IMG/VR virus record: IMGVR_UViG_2660237951_000012
Span: 1-18,756 of that record
Strand: one strand, 5' to 3'
Length of the DNA: 18,756 bases
Source of the DNA: a virus
Taxonomy: Duplodnaviria; Heunggongvirae; Uroviricota; Caudoviricetes
Part shown: piece by piece, positions 8,572-17,159 of the stretch
Numbering within the stretch: position 1 is the stretch's first letter
How the letters are laid out: every line of letters starts with the position of its first letter
The notes under the pieces: generated by a model
The model's database searches: none
Told to the model about the DNA's origin: nothing
The model's input: only the letters and a program-made list of their open reading frames with translations
Translations under genes and position numbers: made by a program

Positions 8572-10848
8572 TCAAATGGGTAACAAAAATCCAGGCCACT
8601 CATCAGCGACCTGATAATTGAAATATTTCCCGTAATAATTTACGGTCGCGCCACGCGCCAGCGCCTCAAGCTCCCATCGCTGCGGCCTGATACCGTTCTG
8701 AGCAAGGTCAACGCGGATACGGGTAATTTGCATTCTTTCCGACCGGGTCAGTCTGGCCGATGGTGCAATTTCATGTGGTTTTAACGGGCTTCCGTTTCTT
8801 TGCTGACGATTTGGTGTTCTCAGGTCGTGTTTTAATGCCCCCCTGAGCGCCCTCACGACCTCCGTGTCATTCCATTCGATAACACCGTCATCAACCAGAT
8901 TAAGCACGGCTGCGGCGTGTTCAGAAGGTGTGGGAGCCGGTAACGAAGTATCACCACCGGTGAGCTTTCCACAGTTATTGACAGGACTCCGAGGCGCGGC
9001 GATGCCGCTTTTTAAAGTCAAAGGCTCAACGACCGGCACTTTCGGAACAATGCGCCAGTCCGTCGTTCTGGTGATATGAATATGACGCGCGCCGAGATGC
9101 GGCGCGTAAATGCCGACCACTCTCTCGACTTCTTCCTCGTACTCGTTAACGTCATCCGACGGGCTACGGGCGACCCTGACAGTCTGACAATCGCGCGGGA
9201 CATTTGCCCCGCCCTGCGCGCTGATATACAACGCAAAATCACCACTGTCTGCAGCGGCGCGTGCAGCCTCGACGCGCTCGTCAAACTCATCAGCAATGCT
9301 GACGCCGCGAGGCAATTTGCGTAGTTCACGGTAAGCCCCCATTGTCGGCAGACCAACCGTTTTAAATTGCGGAATGCGCCACGTTGACGCCCATGCGGTA
9401 ACAGCAGCAGCTGTGTCTTTCAGCGGCCTACCGGTATCATTATCGAGCTGACCATCCAGTGCATAGCCGTCGATGTTTTTTGAGATGTATTTCGCGATAT
9501 ATCCCGCAGCACCGCCCCGGTTAAGGTGTTTTGCCTGAAAACGGTTTCGCGCGGCTCCTCTTTCGTCGCCATCCTCTTTGAGCGCATAGCGACGCATGAT
9601 TTCAATAATCTGGTTACGCTGGCGTGGATTACAAAAAAGCATCATATGCCAGTGCGGCGTTCCGTCGTGGTGTGGTTCAACAACACGCAAACCGTAGGCC
9701 TGTAAATCATTATCCTTGAATGCCGTGCGCATCAGGCTCCAGATACGGCAGAGATAACGCTGCGCATCCTTTGGATTAAATGCCTCATCGTTCCAGCCGT
9801 GATTTAGCTGGACGGTTTTACTTTCGCCTTTTCTGACCTGACGTGTCGGGTGATACTTTGACGGCGCGGTCAGCGTGATAAACATCCCCACATCACCCTC
9901 TGCGGCGGCGTAACGCTCAATACCGGCGATGGTGTTCATCAGCTCCATCCGGCGAATTTCTGGATTAGAAATACTGCCCATCACCTTACTGATAAGGTCG
10001 ATGCGCTCGCCGGTTTCCTTGTTTTCAAGGTCACACGATTTAAGAAATTCCAGATTTGCCTGGCGGCGCGCACGCACATCACGAATGGCATGTTTACTGG
10101 CATAAGGAGAACGGTCTTTATTGACCTCCCCGACAGCAATCAGTAACGCCTCATGCCAGCGCATACGCTGGCCTTTAAGCTGATGAGTCCACCACTCATC
10201 GTTAAACAGGCGGGCAATGGCAGAATATGCCTGCCTCGTGGTCATCTGCCCTTTACGGTATTTTTTCCAGTAAAGCGGGGAAATATTGAAAGCACGTGCA
10301 GCGCCAGCAACATGACCATACAGATGTGCCTGCGCCTCATCCGTAAACAGCGATTCTTTTTCGCCATGCGCATCCACCCAGGCATCGCAGAGTTCCTCAT
10401 ACATCATGAAAAGCTGCGATGAGATACGGGCAGCAAACTTTTTCAGCTCCTTGTCATTCATTCCCGGCAGGCGCGCATAGTGGTCACGCTCTGCCAGAAA
10501 CAGCAACGACGCGTCGGTGTTCATTTCATGGCGCTGATTCACACGCTCAATGCGCGGCCATAAACGACGCTGAAAAGTGGATGTGAGGAAATAAAACCCG
10601 TGCACCGGGCTTTTATTGCGCCGGATGTAGTCATAGCGTGAAGTAAACAGCGAGCGCAAAAAGTAAGGCAGGCGGTTAATCGTGGATAAAACACCTTGCA
10701 CCTGACGCATCTCGTCACGTGTAAGGGGTCTTTCGCGCCCGACAGCCTCGCGTGGCGCGTTCCATGCATAAGCACCGGTAAACGCCTTACCGGTGCCTGC
10801 GGCAAATGCTGACGGAGGGACAAAACGCCCGGAGGCTTTAACGGCCAT
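8572..10848 (-). CDS. A: replication initiation endonuclease A (rolling-circle initiator)
   Basis: Matches remembered P2 gpA across its length (MAVKASGRFVPPSAFAAGTGK...HWHMMLFCNPRQ...YIAKYISKNIDGY). The listed ORF begins 14 codons upstream at 10890; the internal ATG at 10848 corresponds to the P2 start. Confidence 0.9.
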   Translation of the reverse strand: MAVKASGRFVPPSAFAAGTGKAFTGAYAWNAPREAVGRERPLTRDEMRQVQGVLSTINRLPYFLRSLFTSRYDYIRRNKSPVHGFYFLTSTFQRRLWPRIERVNQRHEMNTDASLLFLAERDHYARLPGMNDKELKKFAARISSQLFMMYEELCDAWVDAHGEKESLFTDEAQAHLYGHVAGAARAFNISPLYWKKYRKGQMTTRQAYSAIARLFNDEWWTHQLKGQRMRWHEALLIAVGEVNKDRSPYASKHAIRDVRARRQANLEFLKSCDLENKETGERIDLISKVMGSISNPEIRRMELMNTIAGIERYAAAEGDVGMFITLTAPSKYHPTRQVRKGESKTVQLNHGWNDEAFNPKDAQRYLCRIWSLMRTAFKDNDLQAYGLRVVEPHHDGTPHWHMMLFCNPRQRNQIIEIMRRYALKEDGDERGAARNRFQAKHLNRGGAAGYIAKYISKNIDGYALDGQLDNDTGRPLKDTAAAVTAWASTWRIPQFKTVGLPTMGAYRELRKLPRGVSIADEFDERVEAARAAADSGDFALYISAQGGANVPRDCQTVRVARSPSDDVNEYEEEVERVVGIYAPHLGARHIHITRTTDWRIVPKVPVVEPLTLKSGIAAPRSPVNNCGKLTGGDTSLPAPTPSEHAAAVLNLVDDGVIEWNDTEVVRALRGALKHDLRTPNRQQRNGSPLKPHEIAPSARLTRSERMQITRIRVDLAQNGIRPQRWELEALARGATVNYYGKYFNYQVADEWPGFLLPI

Positions 10849-11113
10849 ATGAGCCAAAAGCCTCTGAACAACGCTTGCTGAGTTGCTCAACCTGCGCGTT
10901 TAAATCAGCAAAAGACTTTGCGCTTCCGGTCAGAATATCGTGATGCATCAGGCCGGAAACGAGCTGGCTTAATTTCGGGTAATAACCAACCACCGCCAGC
11001 CATTCCTGACCGGCGTTTTTACCGCTTTCCGCTCTCTTTTTCTCGTGGAGAATAAACTGAAAGCTGTCACTGGTAACGACATAACGTTCGCCAATTTCAA
11101 TACGAATACTCAT
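10838..11113 (-). CDS. small P2 early-region protein upstream of A (orf83-like)
   Basis: 91 aa with GGAG Shine-Dalgarno 6 nt upstream of the ATG; its stop overlaps the A start. Position matches the small ORFs that precede A in P2; function unknown. Confidence 0.5.
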   Translation of the reverse strand: MSIRIEIGERYVVTSDSFQFILHEKKRAESGKNAGQEWLAVVGYYPKLSQLVSGLMHHDILTGSAKSFADLNAQVEQLSKRCSEAFGSYGR

Positions 11114-11188
11114 GCCGTTCTCCGGTAATGTTTGTTTTTTGCTTCAAAGACTGACTGGCAGGAAACACAACGCGTGGCTGACGGATAA

Positions 11189-12784
11189 GCCGCACGACGG
11201 GCACAGGACGCCACCACAGCACGAAAAGGCCTTGTCCAGCTCAGTAGTGCCACCAACAGCACGTCTGAAACGCTCGCTGCAACACCAAAAGCGGTAAAAG
11301 CAGCATATGACCTTGCTAACGGGAAATATACCGCACAGGACGCCACCACAGCGCGAAAAGGCCTTGTCCAGCTCAGTAGCGCCACCAACAGCGATTCTGA
11401 AACGCTTGCGGCAACACCAAAGGCGGTTAAGACAGCGTATGACCTTGCTAACGGGAAATACACTGCACAGGATGCCACTACAGCGCGAAAAGGTCTTGTC
11501 CAGCTCAGTAGCGCCACCAACAGTGATTCTGAAACGCTGGCCGCAACACCAAAAGCGGTGAGGTCTGCCTATGACAATGCTGAAAAACGTCTTCAGAAAG
11601 ATCAGAACGGTGCGGATATTCCGGGAAAGGATACCTTCACGAAAAATATCGGTGCCTGTCGTGCTTATAGCGGCGCTTTGAGCACTGAAGCCGGAAACTG
11701 GACAACCGCGCAGTTTATTGACTGGCTAGAGTCTCAGGGAGCCTTTAATCATCCCTACTGGATGTGCAAGTGTTCCTGGTCATACGGTAATAACAAAATT
11801 ATTACCGATACTGACTGTGGGACTATTCATCTTGCAGGTTGCGTGATTGAGGTTATGGGCGTTAAAGCAGCAATGACCATTCGTGTGACCACTCCGAGTA
11901 CATCAAGCGGTGGTGGTACCACCAGTGCGCAATTCACGTATATCAATCACGGAGCTGATTATGCGCCGGGCTGGCGACGCGACTACAATACGAAAAATAA
12001 GCAACCGGCTTTTGCATTAGGGAAAACAGGAAATACGGTTGCAAATAATAAAGCGGTAGGATGGAACTGGGACAGTGGTGCTTATTGTGCACAGGATGGC
12101 GGAGCATCAAAAATGGTGCTGCATTTTTACACGGGTGAGGGAAGTTGTCCGGCAATGCAGTTTCTTGTGGATTATAAAAACAGGGGGATTTTTTACAGGT
12201 CGGCACGTGATGGGTATGGATTTGAGGCTGACTGGTCAGAGTTTTATACAACATCACGAAAGCCAACACCTGCGGATATTCTTGCTCTGGCATTATCAGG
12301 CGGAAGCATGTCAGGCAGCATAAAATTTATCAATGATGCCTTCCTGATTTGGGAAAGAAACACTGACTGGGCGAAAATTGGATTTAAAAATGATTCAGAT
12401 GCTGATTCTGACTCATACATGTGGTTTGAAACTGGTGATAATGGCAATGAATATTTTAAATGGCGCATCAGGTCTGGCAGCACAACAAAAGATCTGATGA
12501 CGCTTAAGTCTGATGCACTACGGGTTACCGGGCAGGTGATACCATCAAATTTCAGCAATTTTGACTCCCGCTATGTCCGGGATCTCCGACTTGGTGGTGC
12601 AGCCACATACAAACCTGCGAACAATGGCATGACATGGACACATCAGGCACCGTCCGGGTGTGTATATACCGGCATTATTGTTCAGGATACCGGCTCAAAC
12701 TCTGCCGATAACATTGGTGGCGTATATTACAGACCGGTTCAGAAATACATTAACGGGACATGGTACAACGTGGCGCAGGTATAA
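11189..12784 (+). pseudogene. H: tail fibre protein H, 5'-truncated
   Basis: The frame is open from the stop at 11186 with no ATG, GTG or TTG before the GTG at 11558. It encodes the H repeat region, the conserved WERNTDWAKIGFKNDSDADSDSYMWFETGDNGNEYFKWR block and the C-terminus RPVQKYINGTWYNVAQV. The roughly 200 N-terminal residues of P2 H are absent. Confidence 0.8.
11201..11575 (+). repeat. tandem 132-bp repeats (about 2.8 copies) in the tail-fibre H gene
   Basis: The unit encoding AYDLANGKYTAQDATTARKGLVQLSSATNS(D/T)SETLAATPKAVKT recurs with period 132 nt (TATGACCTTGCTAACGGGAAATA at 11306 and 11438). It generates the spurious ORFs 11110..11520(-) and 11307..11561(+). Confidence 0.85.
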
Positions 12785-12787
12785 TTT

Positions 12788-13315
12788 ATGCAGCATTTGA
12801 TAAATATAACGGCAGGTAATCCAAAAACGGTTGAACAATATCAATTGACAAAGGACTTTGATGTTGTCTGGTTTTTTACAGAAGATGGTAAGAACTGGTA
12901 CGAAGAACAAAAGTATTTTGCTGATGACACGATAAAAATAGCGTACGACAAAGATAATATTATCCGCTATGTAGAAAAGGATGTGACAGCTATCAGACCG
13001 GATGGATTAAGTGTTGTTGAAGTGCCGGATATTACTGCTAACCGACGGGCGGACATTTCAGGGAACTGGATGTTTAAGGACGGCAAAGTGATTAAACGCA
13101 TTTATACGGCAGAGGAATTACAACAGCAGGCAGAAATTCGGAAAGCCAGACTTCTTGCAGATGCTGAATCCGTGATTTTGCCGCTGGAGCGCGCTGTCAG
13201 GCTGAACATGGCAACAGAGGAGGAGCGCACACGGCTGGAGGCTTGGGAACGCTACAGCGTTTTGGTCAGTCGTGTGGATCCTGCAAATCCTGAATGGCCG
13301 GAAATGCCGCAATAA
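12788..13315 (+). CDS. G: tail fibre assembly protein G
   Basis: 175 aa, [40 protein letters not shown]...[14 protein letters not shown] matches remembered P2 gpG. Confidence 0.9.
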   Translation: MQHLINITAGNPKTVEQYQLTKDFDVVWFFTEDGKNWYEEQKYFADDTIKIAYDKDNIIRYVEKDVTAIRPDGLSVVEVPDITANRRADISGNWMFKDGKVIKRIYTAEELQQQAEIRKARLLADAESVILPLERAVRLNMATEEERTRLEAWERYSVLVSRVDPANPEWPEMPQ

Positions 13316-13348
13316 GTTGTATAAGCTCTGGTGTGAGATTACATATCT

Positions 13349-13392
13349 ATGGCACAGAGTAAAGCCTAATCTGGCAGTCCGCTCTGTGCCAT
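13349..13392. other. 11-bp perfect inverted repeat (ATGGCACAGAG / CTCTGTGCCAT) with 22-nt loop
   Basis: Seen directly, just downstream of G at the boundary of the AT-rich cargo island. Confidence 0.4.
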
Positions 13393-13510
13393 TACCGGAC
13401 ATACTGAGCAGAAGGCTAAAAAGGACGCTTTCAGGACATATAGCAAGGGAGCAAGGATGAAAGAATTAACCAAGTATATTTAATGTTTCAATCATGATAG
13501 TTTCTGAATT

Positions 13511-13533
13511 AAAGGGGGCTACCCACCCCCTTT
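13511..13533 (-). terminator. putative hairpin terminator downstream of the 92-aa gene
   Basis: AAAGGGGG-ctaccca-CCCCCTTT stem-loop immediately after the stop at 13536; flanking T-run is weak. Confidence 0.4.
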
Positions 13534-13535
13534 AA

Positions 13536-13814
13536 TTACTTGTTCCACTCAGTCAGAATTTGGTTACTAACTTCATCTGAGAGATTGTACCAATAAGCTG
13601 AGTTATTGGTTGCGTCTACAACAATAAGCTTATCATCACTATCCATGACCGCCCTCACAATTTTGGCTGCATCCTCGGCAGAGTAACTACAGTTAACATA
13701 CCAGTTCGATTCAGTTGTTAAAGCCCAATTTCCTAAAGATTTAATTGCATCATACACAGCCGCATAATCTTTCGTTTTAATGAGGTCGTAAGTAATAAAT
13801 AAATTATTAGCCAT
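13536..13814 (-). CDS. hypothetical 92-aa protein (Z/fun-position cargo)
   Basis: ATG with GGGAG Shine-Dalgarno 8 nt upstream; MANNLFITYDLIKTKDYAAVYDAIKSLGNWALTTESNWYV...; no homology recognised. Confidence 0.6.
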   Translation of the reverse strand: MANNLFITYDLIKTKDYAAVYDAIKSLGNWALTTESNWYVNCSYSAEDAAKIVRAVMDSDDKLIVVDATNNSAYWYNLSDEVSNQILTEWNK

Positions 13815-13840
13815 AAATCATCTCCCAAAGGACAAAGAAA

Positions 13841-13866
13841 AAAGCGCCTAGAAAGGCGCTCATATA
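13841..13866 (-). terminator. intrinsic terminator between the DUF3606-like gene and the 92-aa gene
   Basis: Minus strand reads AGCGCC-tttcta-GGCGCT followed by TTTTTTCTTT, lying between the stop at 13867 and the next Shine-Dalgarno. Confidence 0.6.
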
Positions 13867-14046
13867 TTAATGGTCTTTAAGCCATGCCTGTACTTTCTTA
13901 GCCGAATGACCTACAGCCTGTACGGCTTGAACAAGTTTGGCCTCGCTAACTCCAAACTTTTCAGCCCAATCACGTCTCTCGTAATCCTGTTTGATACTTA
14001 TTAAATCATTGTCAGGGGTACCGATTTTGGTCTTATCATCAGCCAT
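13867..14046 (-). CDS. DUF3606-like small protein
   Basis: MADDKTKIGTPDNDLISIKQDYERRDWAEKFGVSEAKLVQAVQAVGHSAKKVQAWLKDH with GAGGA Shine-Dalgarno upstream of this ATG; the listed ORF extends to 14085. The motif pattern resembles the DUF3606 family from memory. Confidence 0.55.
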   Translation of the reverse strand: MADDKTKIGTPDNDLISIKQDYERRDWAEKFGVSEAKLVQAVQAVGHSAKKVQAWLKDH

Positions 14047-14537
14047 TTTACTGATTCCTCGTGATACAGGCTTATACCTGCCCATTAGTTATATGGCTCC
14101 CGTGCTGCTTCGTAAACGTTCAATAATCAAACAATTGACACTGATCATAAAACCAGTTATAGGATTTGACTCTAGCTTGGATATATGATGATGCCACCCC
14201 CTTTATATTGTTGTCGGTAACTCACAGACATTGAACTCATGCTGGTGAGTGAAAGGCTACATAAACGCCCAACATTTAAACTGCCCTCAGCAGCGTTCGC
14301 GGAGCAATATACAGGCTTCGTATTCAATCCTTGCCCTACGAGAAACCCTAGCCGTTGCCTCGTTTTCAAGTGTCAGGAAGTTCTTTGTCAGACCTCATAC
14401 AGTCTTGGGCTGGGTGAGGTGCATGGGGGAAGTTGAAGCCTTAACTGTTGAGGTAAATCGAACCATAAGTGTGCAATTTTTCAAGCCCGGCGCTATTTTA
14501 GTATTGAAAACAATTAGTACGCCCCCAAGGACAACTC

Positions 14538-15230
14538 ATGATCGAATTTATCGCAGAGCATATAAACACAGTAAGTACACTTATCTCCGCTTTGGCAGCA
14601 TTGCTAACAGCAGTTGCTACATTTTTCTTGTGGAGAGTAACAAGGCTATTAGCAGACGAGACAAAAAGGATGGTTGACGCATCAGTTCAACCTCATGTCG
14701 TTGTGACTCTTGAACCAAATTCTTGGGCTGCTTTTTATTTTGATATCAATATTGCTAATACCGGAAATGCCCCAGCCTATGATATTGAAGTCGGATTTAA
14801 TCCCCCACTGGTTAATGCAGAACATAGAAAAAATGAAGGTATACCATTTAGCAAGGTTAGCGTATTGAAAAACGGCCATTCCCTTAACAGCAGTCTTTGT
14901 AAGTATGACCAGATTAAAGATCAAGTTTATTCTGTTAGTATTAGCTGGTCTAAACAGCCGGGCTCAACTGAAAGAGAGCGGAATGAGTATTCTTATGATA
15001 TGGCTTCTTTCGAGGGGGTTAGCTACTTAGGTGCAAGGAGTCCAATGACACAGATAGCTGAGCAGATGAAAAAGATTAGAGAAGACTGGAGGCCGATTTC
15101 CCAGGGAAGCAAAAAAATTAAAACAGACAACTATAATTCAAGTGACAGAGCCGAGGAACAACGAGCACGTGAAGAGTGGTATCAGACCACTGCAAAGAAA
15201 TGGGATAAAGAAAAGCAAAAAGATAACTAA
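14538..15230 (+). CDS. hypothetical 230-aa membrane-anchored protein (Z/fun-position cargo)
   Basis: AAGGA Shine-Dalgarno 7 nt upstream; one N-terminal transmembrane helix (TLISALAALLTAVATFFLW), a central domain and a Lys/Glu-rich C-terminal tail; followed by a terminator. No homology recognised. Confidence 0.7.
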   Translation: MIEFIAEHINTVSTLISALAALLTAVATFFLWRVTRLLADETKRMVDASVQPHVVVTLEPNSWAAFYFDINIANTGNAPAYDIEVGFNPPLVNAEHRKNEGIPFSKVSVLKNGHSLNSSLCKYDQIKDQVYSVSISWSKQPGSTERERNEYSYDMASFEGVSYLGARSPMTQIAEQMKKIREDWRPISQGSKKIKTDNYNSSDRAEEQRAREEWYQTTAKKWDKEKQKDN

Positions 15231-15360
15231 TACAATTGACCTGCTCCCCATAAATTAGCATACCACAATCTCAGGTCCGCTCTTCGCTCAAAACAGGCTG
15301 TCAGATTTGACAGAATTTTGGTTACGTAATTTGTCAGTTGGAAACAGAGAGAGTACAAAT

Positions 15361-15395
15361 CAAGGCAGGCAAGCTGATTGCCCGCCTTTTCTTTA
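15361..15395 (+). terminator. putative intrinsic terminator after the 230-aa gene
   Basis: AAGGCAGGC...GCCCGCCTT imperfect stem (one mismatch) followed by TTTTCTTTATCTGTTGTTT. Confidence 0.5.
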
Positions 15396-15490
15396 TCTGT
15401 TGTTTCATCCACTGACCAGCCAGGTCAAATAGCGTCTCATGCACTGCCCAACAGAAAATAGTTGCACCCATTAACCACGGAGTTAAACGG

Positions 15491-15658
15491 ATGAGTGACT
15501 ATCATCATGGCGTGCAGGTGCTGGAGATTAACGACGGCACCCGCGTGGATGAATCACTGGCCGCGCTTTATGGCGATATCGGTAAACAGGCGGAGTCGCT
15601 CATCGGTAAGGCTGGCAGTATGGCGACCAGATTCACGGGTATGACGGGGGCGGGATAA
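15491..15658 (+). pseudogene. in-frame fusion remnant: tail sheath FI N-terminus joined to tail protein U C-terminus
   Basis: The 55-aa ORF starts MSDYHHGVQVLEIN (remembered FI start) and ends ...SMATRFTGMTGAG with a TAATG overlap onto D, which is the natural U/D junction. Implies deletion of FI, FII, E, T and most of U. Confidence 0.55.
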
Positions 15659-16821
15659 TGCTGGATGCGCTGACATTTGATGCAGGCAGTACGCTGACGC
15701 CGGATTACATGCTGATGCTCGACAGCAGGGATATTACCGGCAATATCAGCGACCGTCTGATGAGCATGACCCTGACGGATAACCGGGGCTTTGAGGCTGA
15801 CCAGCTTGATATTGAACTGAACGATGCCGACGGGCAGGTCGGGCTGCCGGTTCGTGGCGCTGTCCTGACGGTGTATATCGGCTGGAAAGGTTTTGCCCTG
15901 GTATGCAAAGGGAAATTTACCGTTGATGAGGTTGAACACCGGGGCGCACCGGATGTAGTCACCATCCGCGCCCGGAGTGCAGATTTTCGCGGGACGCTCA
16001 ATTCCCGCCGGGAAGGCTCCTGGCATGACACCACGCTCGGTGCGATTGTTAAGGCGATAGCCACCCGTAACAGGCTGGAAGCCAGTGTCGCTCCGTCACT
16101 GGCCGGAATTAAAATCCCGCACATCGACCAGTCGCAGGAGTCTGATGCGAAATTTCTGACCCGTCTTGCAGAACGCAACGGCGGTGAGGTGTCGGTAAAA
16201 ATGGGAAAACTGCTGTTTCTCAAAGCGGGGCAGGGGGTGACGGCCAGCGGTAAAAAAATCCCGCAGATTACCATCACCCGCAGCGATGGTGACCGTCACC
16301 ATTTTGCGATTGCTGACCGTGGAGCCTACACCGGCGTAACGGCAAAGTGGCTACACACCAAAGACCCGAAGCCGCAAAAGCAGAAGGTAAAACTGAAACG
16401 CAAAAAGAAAGAGAAACACCTGCGCGCACTGGAGCACCCGAAAGCGAAACCGGTCACGCAGAAGAAAGCGCCAAAAGTACCGGAAGCGCGCGAAGGTGAA
16501 TACATGGCCGGTGAGGCTGACAATGTTTTTGCCCTGACCACGGTATATGCCACAAAAGCGCAGGCCATGCGCGCCGCTCAGGCGAAGTGGGATAAACTGC
16601 AACGGGGTGTGGCGGAGTTCTCCATCAGCCTGGCTACCGGTCGGGCAGATATTTACACGGAAACACCGGTTAAAGTGTCAGGCTTTAAGCGCGTCATAGA
16701 CGAGCAGGACTGGACAATCACTAAGGTGACACATTTTCTTAATAATAGCGGCTTCACGACGTCCTTAGATCTTGAGGTCAGGCTTTCTGATGTGGAGTAC
16801 GAAACAGAAGATGATGAGTGA
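15658..16821 (+). CDS. D: tail protein D
   Basis: 387 aa, MLDALTFDAGSTLTPDYMLMLDSRDITGNISDRLMSMTLTDNRGFEADQLDIELNDADGQ... matches remembered P2 gpD, including the Lys-rich internal segment. Confidence 0.92.
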   Translation: MLDALTFDAGSTLTPDYMLMLDSRDITGNISDRLMSMTLTDNRGFEADQLDIELNDADGQVGLPVRGAVLTVYIGWKGFALVCKGKFTVDEVEHRGAPDVVTIRARSADFRGTLNSRREGSWHDTTLGAIVKAIATRNRLEASVAPSLAGIKIPHIDQSQESDAKFLTRLAERNGGEVSVKMGKLLFLKAGQGVTASGKKIPQITITRSDGDRHHFAIADRGAYTGVTAKWLHTKDPKPQKQKVKLKRKKKEKHLRALEHPKAKPVTQKKAPKVPEAREGEYMAGEADNVFALTTVYATKAQAMRAAQAKWDKLQRGVAEFSISLATGRADIYTETPVKVSGFKRVIDEQDWTITKVTHFLNNSGFTTSLDLEVRLSDVEYETEDDE

Positions 16822-16902
16822 TGTTTTTATTTTATCTGTTTGTTTTATAAGGATAAATTAACTAAAATAACACCATCAACAAAACCGGAAGAGGTGCTCG
16901 CG

Positions 16903-17121
16903 ATGTTTCATTGTCCTTTATGCCAGCATGCCGCACATGCGCGTACAAGCCGCTATATCACTGACACGACAAAAGAGCGTTATCACCAGTGCCAGAACGT
17001 GAATTGCAGCGCCACGTTCATCACCTATGAGTCGGTACAGAGATACATCGTGAAGCCGGGAGAAGTCCACGCCGTAAGGCCGCACCCGTTGCCGTCAGGG
17101 CAGCAAATTATGTGGATGTAA
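16903..17121 (+). CDS. ogr: Ogr zinc-finger late transcription activator
   Basis: 72 aa from the internal ATG: MFHCPLCQHAAHARTSRYITDTTKERYHQCQNVNCSATFITYESVQRYIVKPGE..., with CxxC...CxxxxC motif. The listed ORF start at 16840 is an upstream extension. Confidence 0.93.
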   Translation: MFHCPLCQHAAHARTSRYITDTTKERYHQCQNVNCSATFITYESVQRYIVKPGEVHAVRPHPLPSGQQIMWM

Positions 17122-17132
17122 TTACAAACAGA

Positions 17133-17159
17133 AAGCCCCTCAGTTGAGGGGCTTTTTTT
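17133..17159 (+). terminator. intrinsic terminator of ogr
   Basis: AGCCCCTCA-gt-TGAGGGGCT perfect stem followed by T7. Confidence 0.8.

Noticed and set aside
8864-10871. Several short ORFs on both strands (8864..9079, 9018..9356, 9076..9324, 9420..9605, 10153..10422, 10539..10871)
   Set aside because: All are nested in the A gene in other frames or antisense.
11110-11561. ORFs 11110..11520(-) and 11307..11561(+) with internally repeated peptides, plus 11112..11297(+); also considered as a possible CRISPR array
   Set aside because: Wrong-frame or antisense translations of the 132-bp tandem repeat in H. The repeats are contiguous coding repeats with no unique spacers, so not a CRISPR array.
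11943-12910. ORFs 11943..12293(-), 12075..12323(+), 12244..12558(-) and 12695..12910(-)
   Set aside because: Overlap H and G in other frames or antisense; no independent signals.
13118-13460. ORFs 13118..13402(-) and 13272..13460(+)
   Set aside because: Overlap the 3' end of G and the inverted-repeat region; no ribosome-binding sites and junk-like composition.
13991-14924. ORFs 13991..14188(+), 14172..14369(-), 14239..14436(+), 14249..14677(+) and 14682..14924(-)
   Set aside because: Located in the intergenic spacer or overlapping the 230-aa gene; low-complexity, no start signals.
15396-15490. Possible Ogr-dependent late promoter upstream of the FI start
   Set aside because: Expected from P2 organisation, but I could not find a convincing TGT-N12-ACA activator dyad by eye, so it is not called as a feature.
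15227-16602. ORFs 15227..15412(-), 15568..16026(-), 15705..16277(-), 16096..16302(-), 16326..16568(-) and 16351..16602(-)
   Set aside because: Antisense to tail gene D or spanning its upstream terminator region; D's frame is strongly supported.
16840-16902. Upstream extension of the ogr ORF (MFYKDKLTKITPSTKPEEVLA)
   Set aside because: Ogr is a 72-aa protein starting MFHCPLCQ; the extension is AT-rich leader with no support.
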